Source: Opitutales bacterium
Lineage (GTDB): Bacteria > Verrucomicrobiota > Verrucomicrobiia > Opitutales > PNEW01
Reading direction: 5' to 3'
Assembly: GCA_965219535.1 (NCBI GenBank)
Contig: CBDCNV010000001.1
Coordinates: 1,080,001 to 1,112,000, forward strand
DNA: 32,000 bases
In this document: positions 9,724 through 18,775 of the stretch, one piece after another
Layout of the letters: every line of letters starts with the position of its first letter
Numbering within the stretch: the stretch's first letter is position 1
Translations under genes and position numbers: made by a program
The notes under the pieces: generated by a model
The model's input: only the letters and a program-made list of their open reading frames with translations
Database searches by the model: none
Told to the model about the DNA's origin: nothing

Positions 9724-11313
9724 ATGAAAATCCTAATCGCAGATAAGATATCTTCCTCCGGGATAGAATACCTGAAGAATCAGCCTGAATTTGAGGTTTT
9801 GGAGGCTTTTGGCTCGAAGCCCGAGGAGACCAAAAAACAGGTTAAAGATGTCGCGGCAATTATTGTACGGAGTGAAACAGAGATAAATGCGGAGGTTATT
9901 GAAGCCGCCCAAAAACTTACGGTAATTGGGCGTGCGGGTGTTGGCGTAGACAATATAGACGTCGAAGCTGCGACGCAACGTGGTATTATCGTAATGAATA
10001 CCCCTGCCGGAAACACTTTAGCAACGGCGGAATTAACTTTCACCCATATGCTTTGCTCCGCTCGATCGGTTGCTCAGGCCAATGTTTCAATGATTGAGGG
10101 TAAATGGGAACGGCAGACTTATGCCGGAACCGAACTATCAAAGAAGGTTTTTGGAATTATTGGTATGGGTCGTATCGGAAGTGAAGTAGCGAAACGGGCC
10201 CAGGCATTCAGTATGCGGGTCATCGCATTTGATCCCTATCTTACCCCTGAACGCGCAGCTGCACTTGAAGTAGAGCAGGTGGATTTAGATTCACTTCTTC
10301 CACAAGCCGATTTTATCAGTATACATGTTCCTTTGACTGATGATACACGTTATATTATCGATGCAAAAGCATTCGAAAAAATGAAATCCGGGGTGCGCAT
10401 TATTAACTGTGCGCGCGGCGGATTGATCCATGAAGGGGATTTAATCGATGCGCTCAAGAGCGGAAAAGTGGCGGCAGCTGGGTTGGACGTTTTTGTCGAA
10501 GAGCCGTTGAGCGAAAAAAGTGAACTGCGAAATATACCCAATCTGGTGTTAACTCCGCATCTCGGTGCTTCGACTGAAGAGGCTCAGGAAAGTATCGGAC
10601 TTGAAGTAGCTCAAGCGATTACTGAAGTGCTTCGGGGTGGCATTATCACCAATGCTGTAAATATGCCATCCGTTGACGCACGCACTTTAAGGATCCTTCG
10701 ACCTTACCTTGTCCTGGGAGAAAAACTAGGGACGATTTTGCAACAGATTTCACCACCCCAGATAGAAAAACTGATTATCACTTATTGGGGTAATATTATG
10801 GACCTCGATGCCATGCCATTGACTCGTGGTATACAGCGCGGCTACTTGCTTAAAATCAGTGGCGAAGGCGTTAATGATGTCAATGCGCCTACGATCATGA
10901 AACGTCTTGGCATTGAAGTTGAGATAATTAAGTCTAATTCCGAAAGTGGTTACACTGAGCTCATCCGCATTGAGGCCATCAGTGCGGAAGGCCAGAAGAA
11001 CAATATTGAAGGGACGCTGATCGGAACCCGGCAACAGCCGAGAATTGTTCATGTTAATAGTCGAGACGTCGAAGCGTTACCTGAAGGTAAGTTATTACTC
11101 CTGGAAAACAATGATGTGCCAGGGATTGTTGGTGTCCTCGGTACGATTCTGGGCAAAGATAACGTAAACATCGCCAATATGTCTCTCAGCCGTAATGATG
11201 TTGGAGGTGTTGCGATGACTATTTTGCAATTGGATTCCATTCCCAGCCAGAGAGCACTCGACGAGGTCAAGGAAGCTGACGCCATCTTGAATATGCACCT
11301 CGTGGAATTCTGA
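9724..11313 (+). CDS. serA: D-3-phosphoglycerate dehydrogenase (long form with C-terminal ACT domain)
   Basis: 529 aa. It has the NAD-binding 'GIIGMGRIGSEVA' and the 2-hydroxyacid dehydrogenase catalytic region 'NCARGGLI...TPHLGAST'. The C-terminal regulatory domain contains 'DVPGIVGVLGTILG'. Confidence 0.9.
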   Translation: MKILIADKISSSGIEYLKNQPEFEVLEAFGSKPEETKKQVKDVAAIIVRSETEINAEVIEAAQKLTVIGRAGVGVDNIDVEAATQRGIIVMNTPAGNTLATAELTFTHMLCSARSVAQANVSMIEGKWERQTYAGTELSKKVFGIIGMGRIGSEVAKRAQAFSMRVIAFDPYLTPERAAALEVEQVDLDSLLPQADFISIHVPLTDDTRYIIDAKAFEKMKSGVRIINCARGGLIHEGDLIDALKSGKVAAAGLDVFVEEPLSEKSELRNIPNLVLTPHLGASTEEAQESIGLEVAQAITEVLRGGIITNAVNMPSVDARTLRILRPYLVLGEKLGTILQQISPPQIEKLIITYWGNIMDLDAMPLTRGIQRGYLLKISGEGVNDVNAPTIMKRLGIEVEIIKSNSESGYTELIRIEAISAEGQKNNIEGTLIGTRQQPRIVHVNSRDVEALPEGKLLLLENNDVPGIVGVLGTILGKDNVNIANMSLSRNDVGGVAMTILQLDSIPSQRALDEVKEADAILNMHLVEF

Positions 11314-11346
11314 TTTTCGTACCTTTAATTATTCATTTACCCCATT

Positions 11347-11946
11347 ATGCAATTATTGGATATCATCGTGGTTAGCGTTTGTGGTTACCTGATCGGCTCT
11401 ATTCCTTTTGCTGTCATAATCGGTAAAGTCTATGGTATCAATATATTGGAAGTAGGGAGTGGAAGTCCTGGCGCTACTAATATTAAAAGATCGATTGGTA
11501 AAGGTGCTGGTAATGTATGTTTTCTCCTGGATTTTCTCAAGGGAGTGCTTGCTGCAGGGTGGCCAATGTCATCCCTTTTCGCGGCTGAAAACACTATCGG
11601 CTTAGCCATGCTCGGCCTTGTAGCGGCAATCCTCGGGCACAGTTATTCCCTTTTTATTAAATTTCGTGGTGGCAAGGGAGTGGCGACAACAATGGGAGGT
11701 CTGCTGATCATCACACCTATTGCTCTCGCTGTTGGCATTGTCATATGGGTTATTTTGTTTTTCATCTTTCGTTATGTTTCCGTAGCTTCTATCGCATTCG
11801 GGATCAGTCTTCCTCTGACTAATCTAATAGTGGGCATTTTGGATTTACGTTTATGGCTGTGTCTGGCCCTTGCCGTCATCATCATTTTGCGCCACCGTTC
11901 AAATATCAAACGACTTATGAAAGGCACTGAAAACCGATTTCAATAA
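11347..11946 (+). CDS. plsY: glycerol-3-phosphate acyltransferase PlsY
   Basis: 199 aa polytopic membrane protein with 'GSIPFAVIIGK', 'GSGSPGATNIKR' and 'DFLKG' motifs. Confidence 0.88.
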   Translation: MQLLDIIVVSVCGYLIGSIPFAVIIGKVYGINILEVGSGSPGATNIKRSIGKGAGNVCFLLDFLKGVLAAGWPMSSLFAAENTIGLAMLGLVAAILGHSYSLFIKFRGGKGVATTMGGLLIITPIALAVGIVIWVILFFIFRYVSVASIAFGISLPLTNLIVGILDLRLWLCLALAVIIILRHRSNIKRLMKGTENRFQ

Positions 11947-11998
11947 ACGCTTATTGTTGTCTGTAGCTTATTAAAGAGTTTAAGGAAATGTATTTAAA

Positions 11999-13327
11999 AT
12001 GAGTAAAAAACCAGTAATTAAAATAGGACTCGTCGGCCTTGGTGTTGTGGGCGAGGGGGTCTGGAAGCATATTCAGCAAAATCGATTAGCATTGGAGCGA
12101 CGTTTGGGTGCACGGTTGCAATTGGTTAAAGTCGCTGTGCAAGACATGAAGAAAAAGCGCGGCGTCAAAATTTCCCGTGATCAACTTACGACTGATCCGA
12201 TGAGTATCGCCAATGATCCGGATATTGACATCGTTTGCGAGTTAATGGGAGGAACCAGTCTGGCGAGGAAAGTTACCTTAGCTGCATTGCAGAAGGGTAA
12301 AATCGTCGTTACCGCGAATAAGGCCTTAATTTGCAAACACGGTGCTCAGCTTTTTGATGCCGCGCGAAAGGGAGGGGGACATTACTTTTTTGAAGCTAGT
12401 GTGGGTGGTGGTATTCCGATCATCAAAGTTATCCGTGAAGGGCTCGTCGCAAACCGGTTCAATTTAATTTATGGGATTTTAAACGGTACCTGTAATTATA
12501 TCCTTACGCGCATGGAGCGTGAGAGTTTAACCTTTGATAAAACTTTGAATGCGGCGCGCGATCTGGGCTATGTCGAAGCCGATGAGTCGTTAGATCTGGA
12601 GGGGTGGGACACTGCTCATAAGGCGGTGATTCTAGCCTATCTTGCTCATGGTAAGTGGGTAAAACTTAAAGATGTTCCCGTTGAGGGGATTGGAAATATT
12701 ACCCTTGAAGATATTCAGTGGGCGGACGAACTGGGTTTTAAAATAAAGCTCCTTGGCATTATTAGTCAGAACAATAAGGGCAAATCCATTTTCGTCCGAG
12801 TGCATCCCACGCTCATTCGTAAGGACAAGATTATGGCTAATGTAGATGGTGTCTATAACGCCGTGAGCGTGAGCGGTGATATTGTCGGTTCCGGTGTTCA
12901 TATTGGACGAGGTGCCGGTCAGGATGCTACGGCCAGCGCAGTCATCGGCGATGTTGCCGATGCGGTTAGTGCCTTACTCGGAACATCGCCACCTGTGGTC
13001 CTCGAAGACGATGCCGAACTTTACGCATCTCTGGGTAGTGATATTGAATTATCCTCATTAGAGGATGTGGCCAGCCAATATTATCTGCGCTTGAGTGTAA
13101 CTGACAAGCCGGGTGTGCTCGCAGAAATTTCAACCGTGATGGCCGACCACGATGTCAGTATAGCCAGCATGATTCAGCCCGAGGAGAGCAGCAATCAGTG
13201 GGCTACGCTCATTATAACCACCCACCAGAGCAATGAAAAAAGGATGCAGGACACGATCCGCGATTTAAAAAAGCTTAAAAATGTTCATCGCGCCCCCTTT
13301 CTTTTACGTATTGTCAATTTCGATTAA
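11999..13327 (+). CDS. hom: homoserine dehydrogenase (with C-terminal ACT domain)
   Basis: 442 aa. It has the N-terminal NAD(P)-binding 'IGLVGLGVVGEGV', the catalytic region 'ASVGGGIPII' and 'LNGTCNYILT', and an ACT-like tail 'DKPGVLAEISTVMA'. Confidence 0.9.
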   Translation: MSKKPVIKIGLVGLGVVGEGVWKHIQQNRLALERRLGARLQLVKVAVQDMKKKRGVKISRDQLTTDPMSIANDPDIDIVCELMGGTSLARKVTLAALQKGKIVVTANKALICKHGAQLFDAARKGGGHYFFEASVGGGIPIIKVIREGLVANRFNLIYGILNGTCNYILTRMERESLTFDKTLNAARDLGYVEADESLDLEGWDTAHKAVILAYLAHGKWVKLKDVPVEGIGNITLEDIQWADELGFKIKLLGIISQNNKGKSIFVRVHPTLIRKDKIMANVDGVYNAVSVSGDIVGSGVHIGRGAGQDATASAVIGDVADAVSALLGTSPPVVLEDDAELYASLGSDIELSSLEDVASQYYLRLSVTDKPGVLAEISTVMADHDVSIASMIQPEESSNQWATLIITTHQSNEKRMQDTIRDLKKLKNVHRAPFLLRIVNFD

Positions 13328-13345
13328 ATCCTGGAAATGTAAGTT

Positions 13346-14563
13346 ATGGCAATAGTGGTTCAGAAATATGGCGGCACTTCGGTGGGAGATATCGACCGCA
13401 TTCGAAACGTCGCCAATCGAGTAAAAGCGACACGTGATGCAGGCAACGATGTCCTGGTTGTCGTTTCCGCACGTTCAGGAGTGACAAACCGACTTGTCGC
13501 TGACGCGAAAATGCTTCACGAAAATCCGGATGAGCGCGAAATGGATATGCTCTTAACGGTCGGGGAACAGGAAACGATTGCGCTGACCGCAATCGCTTTG
13601 CATGCCCTGGATGTACCAGCGGTCTCTCGCACGGGTGGGCAAGCGGGGATCATTACTGATCCTGAGCATACTCGGGCACGCATCCTGAAAATTGATGGTG
13701 GCGATCTGCGCGATCAGTTAGCTCAGGGGAAAGTTGTCATTGTCGCTGGTTTCCAGGGTGTAAATAAGGAGGGTCAAATTACCACCCTTGGGAGAGGGGG
13801 ATCAGATTTGTCCGCGATCGCCCTGGCCGTCGCGATTAAGGCTGACCTATGCCAGATTTTTACCGATGTTGAGGGTGTTTATACGGCTGACCCGCGTATC
13901 GTTCCCGATGCGCGCAAAGTCGATGTAATTACTTATGATGAAATGCTTGAACTTGCGAGTAGCGGTTCAAAAGTGATGCAGCCAAGAGCGGTTGAATTTG
14001 CTTATAAACACGGAATTAATTTTGAAATTCGCTCTAGTTTTAATAATAATACAGGAACCATGGTAAAAGGTGAAATGGAATCAATGGAAGATATCGTCGT
14101 GCGAGGTGTCGCCGTCGATAAAAATCAAGCTAAGATATTAGTAAGTGGTTTACCGGATGTGCCGGGCTACGCGGCGAAAGTATTCGGTGCTCTTGCCGAC
14201 GCTAATGTCAATGTAGATATGATTGTTCAGAATATCGGCCGAGGGGGAAAAGCAAATTTGACATTTACTGTATCTTTGGATGATGCCTCGCGCGCGGAGA
14301 AAGCCGTATCCGGTATTCTTGGCGATATCAGTGGCAGTAATGTGAAGATCATTGATCATATCGCCAAACTTTCAGTCGTAGGTGTTGGGATGCGAAGTCA
14401 TAGCGGTATAGCGGCCACCTTATTTTCCGCGCTCGCGGAGAGTGATATAAACATCCAGCTTATCAGTACTTCTGAAATAAAGATATCTGTAGCCATAGAT
14501 TTAGATAAGGCGGATGAAGCCTGTCGTGTAGCGCATAAGACTTTCGACTTAGATAAAAGCTAA
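13346..14563 (+). CDS. lysC: aspartate kinase (two C-terminal ACT domains)
   Basis: 405 aa. It has 'VVQKYGGTSVGD' at the N-terminus, 'GRGGSDLSA' and tandem ACT domains. It starts 18 nt after hom. Confidence 0.93.
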   Translation: MAIVVQKYGGTSVGDIDRIRNVANRVKATRDAGNDVLVVVSARSGVTNRLVADAKMLHENPDEREMDMLLTVGEQETIALTAIALHALDVPAVSRTGGQAGIITDPEHTRARILKIDGGDLRDQLAQGKVVIVAGFQGVNKEGQITTLGRGGSDLSAIALAVAIKADLCQIFTDVEGVYTADPRIVPDARKVDVITYDEMLELASSGSKVMQPRAVEFAYKHGINFEIRSSFNNNTGTMVKGEMESMEDIVVRGVAVDKNQAKILVSGLPDVPGYAAKVFGALADANVNVDMIVQNIGRGGKANLTFTVSLDDASRAEKAVSGILGDISGSNVKIIDHIAKLSVVGVGMRSHSGIAATLFSALAESDINIQLISTSEIKISVAIDLDKADEACRVAHKTFDLDKS

Positions 14564-14569
14564 GTAGTC

Positions 14570-15931
14570 ATGAATTATATAAGCACACGGGGGCAGTCGC
14601 CCTCGGTCTCTTTTGCAGAGGCAGTCGCCACCGGATTAGCGCCAGATGGCGGGCTCTATCTCCCCCAGGAAATCCCAAATCTATCGGGTAATCTCGAAGC
14701 ATGGGAATCGCTGAACTACGCTGATCTATGCCTCGCTTTTATGGATTACTTTACGGGGGACTATGACTCGGAAACTTTGCGCAATATAATTCACGATGCG
14801 TACGCGGGTTTTTCCCATCCGGATATCGCCCCGCTTAAAAACTTGGATGCCAATTTATATGTCCTGGAATTATTTCATGGACCAACCCTGGCTTTTAAGG
14901 ATTTCGCCCTTCAAATGCTTGGAAACTTATACGCGGAACAAATAAAAAATACGGGTGATAATTTAAATGTCCTGGGTTCAACTTCCGGAGATACGGGCGC
15001 GGCCGCGATTTACGGATTATTAGACAAGCCGGGAACCAACATTTTTATCCTCTATCCGAAAGGCCGCATTTCCGACCTGCAAGAAAGGCAAATGACATGT
15101 ACTGGAGCAAAAAATGTATTTCCCCTGGCAATAGAAGGTTCGTTTGACGACGCCCAAAATGTTATGAAGGAGATATTCAATGATCAGGGATTTCGCTCCA
15201 GCTATAATCTTTCAGCGGTGAATTCAATTAATCTCGCACGTATTCTCGCGCAATGTGTTTACTATTTTTATGCCTTCTTCAGGCTGCCTTTAGAGAAAAG
15301 AGGAAATGTTGAATTTGTCGTTCCCACGGGAAATTTCGGCAATATTCTGTCGGGTTGGCTCGCACAGAAAATGGGGCTTCCCATAAAATCACTTAAAATT
15401 GCGACAAATAAGAATGACATTCTTCACCGTCTTTTCAATACCGGTGTTTATTCCGTTTCGCCCGTGGAGTTCAGTCACGCCCCTTCAATGGATATTCAGG
15501 TCGCGTCAAATTTTGAACGCTTTATTTACTATGCGGAGGGTGGTAACCCCAATCGAACGCTTGATATAATGACAGAATTCAAATCTACGGGGATTTATAA
15601 ATTCAACAAATTTAATCCTGATACTTTTTCCTCTTCACAAGCTTCTGATGAGGAAATTGAAAATATTATTTATCGCGTTCATGAGCAATATGATTATATT
15701 GTTGATCCGCACACCGCTTGTGGCTTTAAGGCTATCGATCCGGAAAAAACAACCGTAACTTTAGCGACAGCGCATCCGGCAAAGTTTCCCGAGACGATTG
15801 GGAAAGCAATCGGCATTGAGCCGACCATTGAATCTCTCGAAGTTCTTAAAGAGAAAAATAGTATTTTTTATCCCATTGCCGCTGAAAAAAAAGCAATACA
15901 GGGATTCATCGAGGAAAATGCGGTTTCGTGA
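14570..15931 (+). CDS. thrC: threonine synthase (long form)
   Basis: 453 aa. It has 'YISTRGQS', 'GLAPDGGLYLP' and the PLP-lysine context 'HGPTLAFKDFALQ'. It starts 6 nt after lysC. Confidence 0.9.
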   Translation: MNYISTRGQSPSVSFAEAVATGLAPDGGLYLPQEIPNLSGNLEAWESLNYADLCLAFMDYFTGDYDSETLRNIIHDAYAGFSHPDIAPLKNLDANLYVLELFHGPTLAFKDFALQMLGNLYAEQIKNTGDNLNVLGSTSGDTGAAAIYGLLDKPGTNIFILYPKGRISDLQERQMTCTGAKNVFPLAIEGSFDDAQNVMKEIFNDQGFRSSYNLSAVNSINLARILAQCVYYFYAFFRLPLEKRGNVEFVVPTGNFGNILSGWLAQKMGLPIKSLKIATNKNDILHRLFNTGVYSVSPVEFSHAPSMDIQVASNFERFIYYAEGGNPNRTLDIMTEFKSTGIYKFNKFNPDTFSSSQASDEEIENIIYRVHEQYDYIVDPHTACGFKAIDPEKTTVTLATAHPAKFPETIGKAIGIEPTIESLEVLKEKNSIFYPIAAEKKAIQGFIEENAVS

Positions 15932-15988
15932 AAGTAGTGTTGCCATGACTGCGGTCAGGGTAAATAGTTTACCTTCAAAATTTTAAAG

Positions 15989-17569
15989 ATGAGCAAAAAG
16001 CCTAAAATAATTATTTACGATACAACGCTTCGAGATGGAACTCAAGGTGAGGGGATTTCTTTTTCTGTTTCCTCAAAACTGAGGTTGACGAAAAGTATGG
16101 ATCAATTCGGTATCGATTACATTGAAGGCGGATGGCCGGGTTCGAATCCGCGTGACATGGAATATTTTGATGCGGTCAAAGACGTAAAATTAAAGCATGC
16201 TAAAATCACCTCCTTTGGTTCTACGCGGCGCGCAGATCTCAGCGCAAAAAAAGATCCCCAATTAGACCTCTTGTTGAAATCGGAGACTGAAGTGGTTGCG
16301 ATTTTCGGGAAAAGCTGGCTCTTGCATGTTAAACAGATTCTTCGCACAACGCCGGATGAAAACCTGCGCATGGTTGAAGATTCTATTAAGTACATAAAAA
16401 GCAAGGGCCGAGAGGTAATCTATGACGCCGAACATTTCTATGACGGTTATATGGATAGCTCCGCTTATGCGATGAAAACACTTGAAGCCGCGATACAAAG
16501 TGGCGCGGACTATCTCGTGCTGTGTGATACTAACGGTGGAAATCTTGCTGAATACATTTACGAAACGACGGCAGACATTGTTGAACGATTCCCCAATCTT
16601 AAAATTGGAGTACATTGTCATAACGATATCGGATTAGGGGTCGCGACATCCCTCGCCGGTGTAAACGCAGGGGCGACGATGGTGCAGGGAACTTTGAATG
16701 GCTATGGTGAACGTAATGGCAATGCCAACCTTACATCAATTATTCCTAATCTCAGTTTGAAGATGGAATATCCCATGAGTTGTGGAAAGAAGCTGAAGAA
16801 TTTGCGCGACCTTTCTCTTTTTGTTGATGATCTTGCTAATTTCAGGCCTGATATTAAAGCGCCGTATGTCGGGGCAAGTTCCTTTGCCCATAAGGGCGGC
16901 ATTCACGCCAATGCCGCTTCCAAAGATTCACGGAGTTACGAGCATATCGAACCCTCACTGGTCGGTAATCGGCAACGCGTGCTCGTTTCCGATTTATCGG
17001 GTCGCAGCAGCATCATGATGAAAGCTCAAGAAATGGGAGTCGAACTTGATGCTAAAACGGCCAATGTGAAAAGTTTTCTCGATGAGTTAAAAAAACTAGA
17101 ATATCGCGGTTACGAATACGAAGCGGCGGACGCCTCATTTAAAATGCTGCTTCAGCGCTGGTTAAAAAAGATTAAACACCCCTTTGAATTAATAAGTTAC
17201 CGTGTTATTGTCGAACGTGATGAAACGGAAAATAAGTTAATTTCAGAAGCTACGGTTAAAATTAAGGTCAAAGATGAAATACACCATGTCGTAGCGGAAT
17301 CTCACGGTCCGGTGGGTGCGCTCGACCGTGCCTTACGCCAGGCTTTAGAAAAAGACTTTCCGGGAATAAAGGATGTGAGTTTGAGTGATTTCAAAGTGCG
17401 AATTCTTGACAGTGCCGAGGGAACGGATGCGCGTATTCGTGTGCAAATCGAATCCAGTGACGCAAAAGAGATCTGGGGAACGGTAGGCGCCAGTGACAAC
17501 ATCATCGAGGCGAGCTGGGAAGCGCTGAAAGATTCGGTAGAATATAAAATTTTACGCGATAAAAAATAA
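15989..17569 (+). CDS. cimA: (R)-citramalate synthase (LeuA/CimA family, long CimA-type)
   Basis: 526 aa. It has 'IYDTTLRDGTQGEGISFS', 'YIEGGWPGSNPRD', 'HCHNDIGLGVA' and a C-terminal LeuA-dimer-like regulatory domain. The N-terminal pattern fits the citramalate synthase subgroup rather than classical LeuA, from memory. I cannot exclude 2-isopropylmalate synthase activity. Confidence 0.75.
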   Translation: MSKKPKIIIYDTTLRDGTQGEGISFSVSSKLRLTKSMDQFGIDYIEGGWPGSNPRDMEYFDAVKDVKLKHAKITSFGSTRRADLSAKKDPQLDLLLKSETEVVAIFGKSWLLHVKQILRTTPDENLRMVEDSIKYIKSKGREVIYDAEHFYDGYMDSSAYAMKTLEAAIQSGADYLVLCDTNGGNLAEYIYETTADIVERFPNLKIGVHCHNDIGLGVATSLAGVNAGATMVQGTLNGYGERNGNANLTSIIPNLSLKMEYPMSCGKKLKNLRDLSLFVDDLANFRPDIKAPYVGASSFAHKGGIHANAASKDSRSYEHIEPSLVGNRQRVLVSDLSGRSSIMMKAQEMGVELDAKTANVKSFLDELKKLEYRGYEYEAADASFKMLLQRWLKKIKHPFELISYRVIVERDETENKLISEATVKIKVKDEIHHVVAESHGPVGALDRALRQALEKDFPGIKDVSLSDFKVRILDSAEGTDARIRVQIESSDAKEIWGTVGASDNIIEASWEALKDSVEYKILRDKK

Positions 17570-17634
17570 AAAGCGTGCTTTCGATGCGCATCGGTTATTG
17601 CGTACTGCGGTAACTATACATCGGTTACATTTAT

Positions 17635-18501
17635 CTATTTAATAGGCTTAAATAGGTCTGCCGGATCGTCGTCAGACAGTAAATAGCTGCCTTCTTTTTG
17701 GCAGTTGTGAAATTGTTCTCCACACCAGTATTTCAGTCGATAAAGGATAGCAAATTGGATAGGGGGTGCTTCGGTTCCCTGGCCTCCGACTAACTCTGCT
17801 CCCCGCATTACATTATCAACTAATCGGGTTGCAATACGCAGATGGTAGGGGCTGCGTTCAATCTCACCACGATGGAATGATAAGGCGGTTATTAAATCTG
17901 CTACATCCTTTGTCTTACACTCAACTAAGAGGTTGGGTGTGTTCATGAAACCCCAGGTTTCAGTTTCAACGCAGTAGGTGGAGAATTCCGGCCCCATACT
18001 TTGCAGCCCGTCGATGATGAGGTAATGTGTTCCGATGTGCGTTGTATTCCAATCTTTTTCATGCGGGTAAAAAATTATGTCCGGTCTGTTTTTCTCCAGA
18101 ATAGATGTAATTTGTGATACACAGTGAGTCCAGTATCGCGGATCATTTTTCCGAGTGTGTTGATTGATAGCCTCAAGGCCATCATCTTCAATCGTCACTA
18201 AATCAAATCCAATAAACTGGCAGCATTCCCTTAGTTCCTTTAGTCGGCTTTGGCGACGCTCCTTATTACTTCCCAATGTGACCGCGACATTGCTAATCCG
18301 CATCTTGCTTTCCCGCATCAGACGCAGCGGTAGATGGCCGATGAATACTTCATCATCAGGGTGGGGGGAGAAAATTAAAACATGGGGAGCATCTTTTGAC
18401 AGCTTTGGACGAGGTATATTCGGCCACCCACCACGCGGAAGATGCGCGGCCTCTTTAAGCAGCTGATCCAGGGCATGGATGTAGTCATCATAAGTTTTCA
18501 T
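17635..18501 (-). CDS. PIG-L / LmbE-family N-acetylglucosaminyl deacetylase-like protein
   Basis: 288 aa. It has the signature 'VLIFSPHPDDEV' and a downstream His cluster 'HEKDWNTTHIGTH'. The substrate is unknown. Confidence 0.65.
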   Translation of the reverse strand: MKTYDDYIHALDQLLKEAAHLPRGGWPNIPRPKLSKDAPHVLIFSPHPDDEVFIGHLPLRLMRESKMRISNVAVTLGSNKERRQSRLKELRECCQFIGFDLVTIEDDGLEAINQHTRKNDPRYWTHCVSQITSILEKNRPDIIFYPHEKDWNTTHIGTHYLIIDGLQSMGPEFSTYCVETETWGFMNTPNLLVECKTKDVADLITALSFHRGEIERSPYHLRIATRLVDNVMRGAELVGGQGTEAPPIQFAILYRLKYWCGEQFHNCQKEGSYLLSDDDPADLFKPIK

Positions 18502-18586
18502 TTTATTTCAGAATATACTCTTATTCTTTGTCCGCGTCTCCAGTGTATAATTTCGAAATATTGATATACAACTATGTTTTATTTTT

Positions 18587-18750
18587 ATCTTCGTCCGCGC
18601 TTGCCACGTCGTAGACTACTGCGAAGACGGGTCTACCTCTTCGTCCCTATTATACGTTTAAGTAATAATGAAGAAGTATTATATCTTCGTTAATCAAAAG
18701 GGGTGAAAAAATTAAGGAGGACGTAGACTAAGAGGCAGACGAAGACGAAG
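18587..18750. repeat. Expanded copy of the CTTCGT-module hairpin element
   Basis: The left end is ATCTTCGTCC... at 18587. An inverted full module lies at 18716-18750; its reverse complement is CTTCGTCTTCGTCTGCCTCTTAGTCTACGTCCTCC. It shares the connectors CCTCTTCGTCCCTATTATA (18636-18654) and AAGGGGTGAAAAAA (18698-18711) with the copy at 6338-6431, with a 43-nt insertion between them. Confidence 0.8.
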
Positions 18751-18775
18751 CTTATAAATTTTCAATCCACACACT

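Noticed and set aside
16139-16149. GGTTCGAATCC, the canonical tRNA T-arm sequence
   Set aside because: It lies inside cimA, where it encodes the conserved 'GWPGSNPR' in frame. The flanking sequence cannot be folded into acceptor, D and anticodon arms.
17582-17593. Perfect 12-nt palindrome CGATGCGCATCG between convergent cimA and the PIG-L gene; possible terminator
   Set aside because: The stem would be only 4-5 bp with no U tract, which is too weak to call a terminator. It could equally be chance or a protein site.
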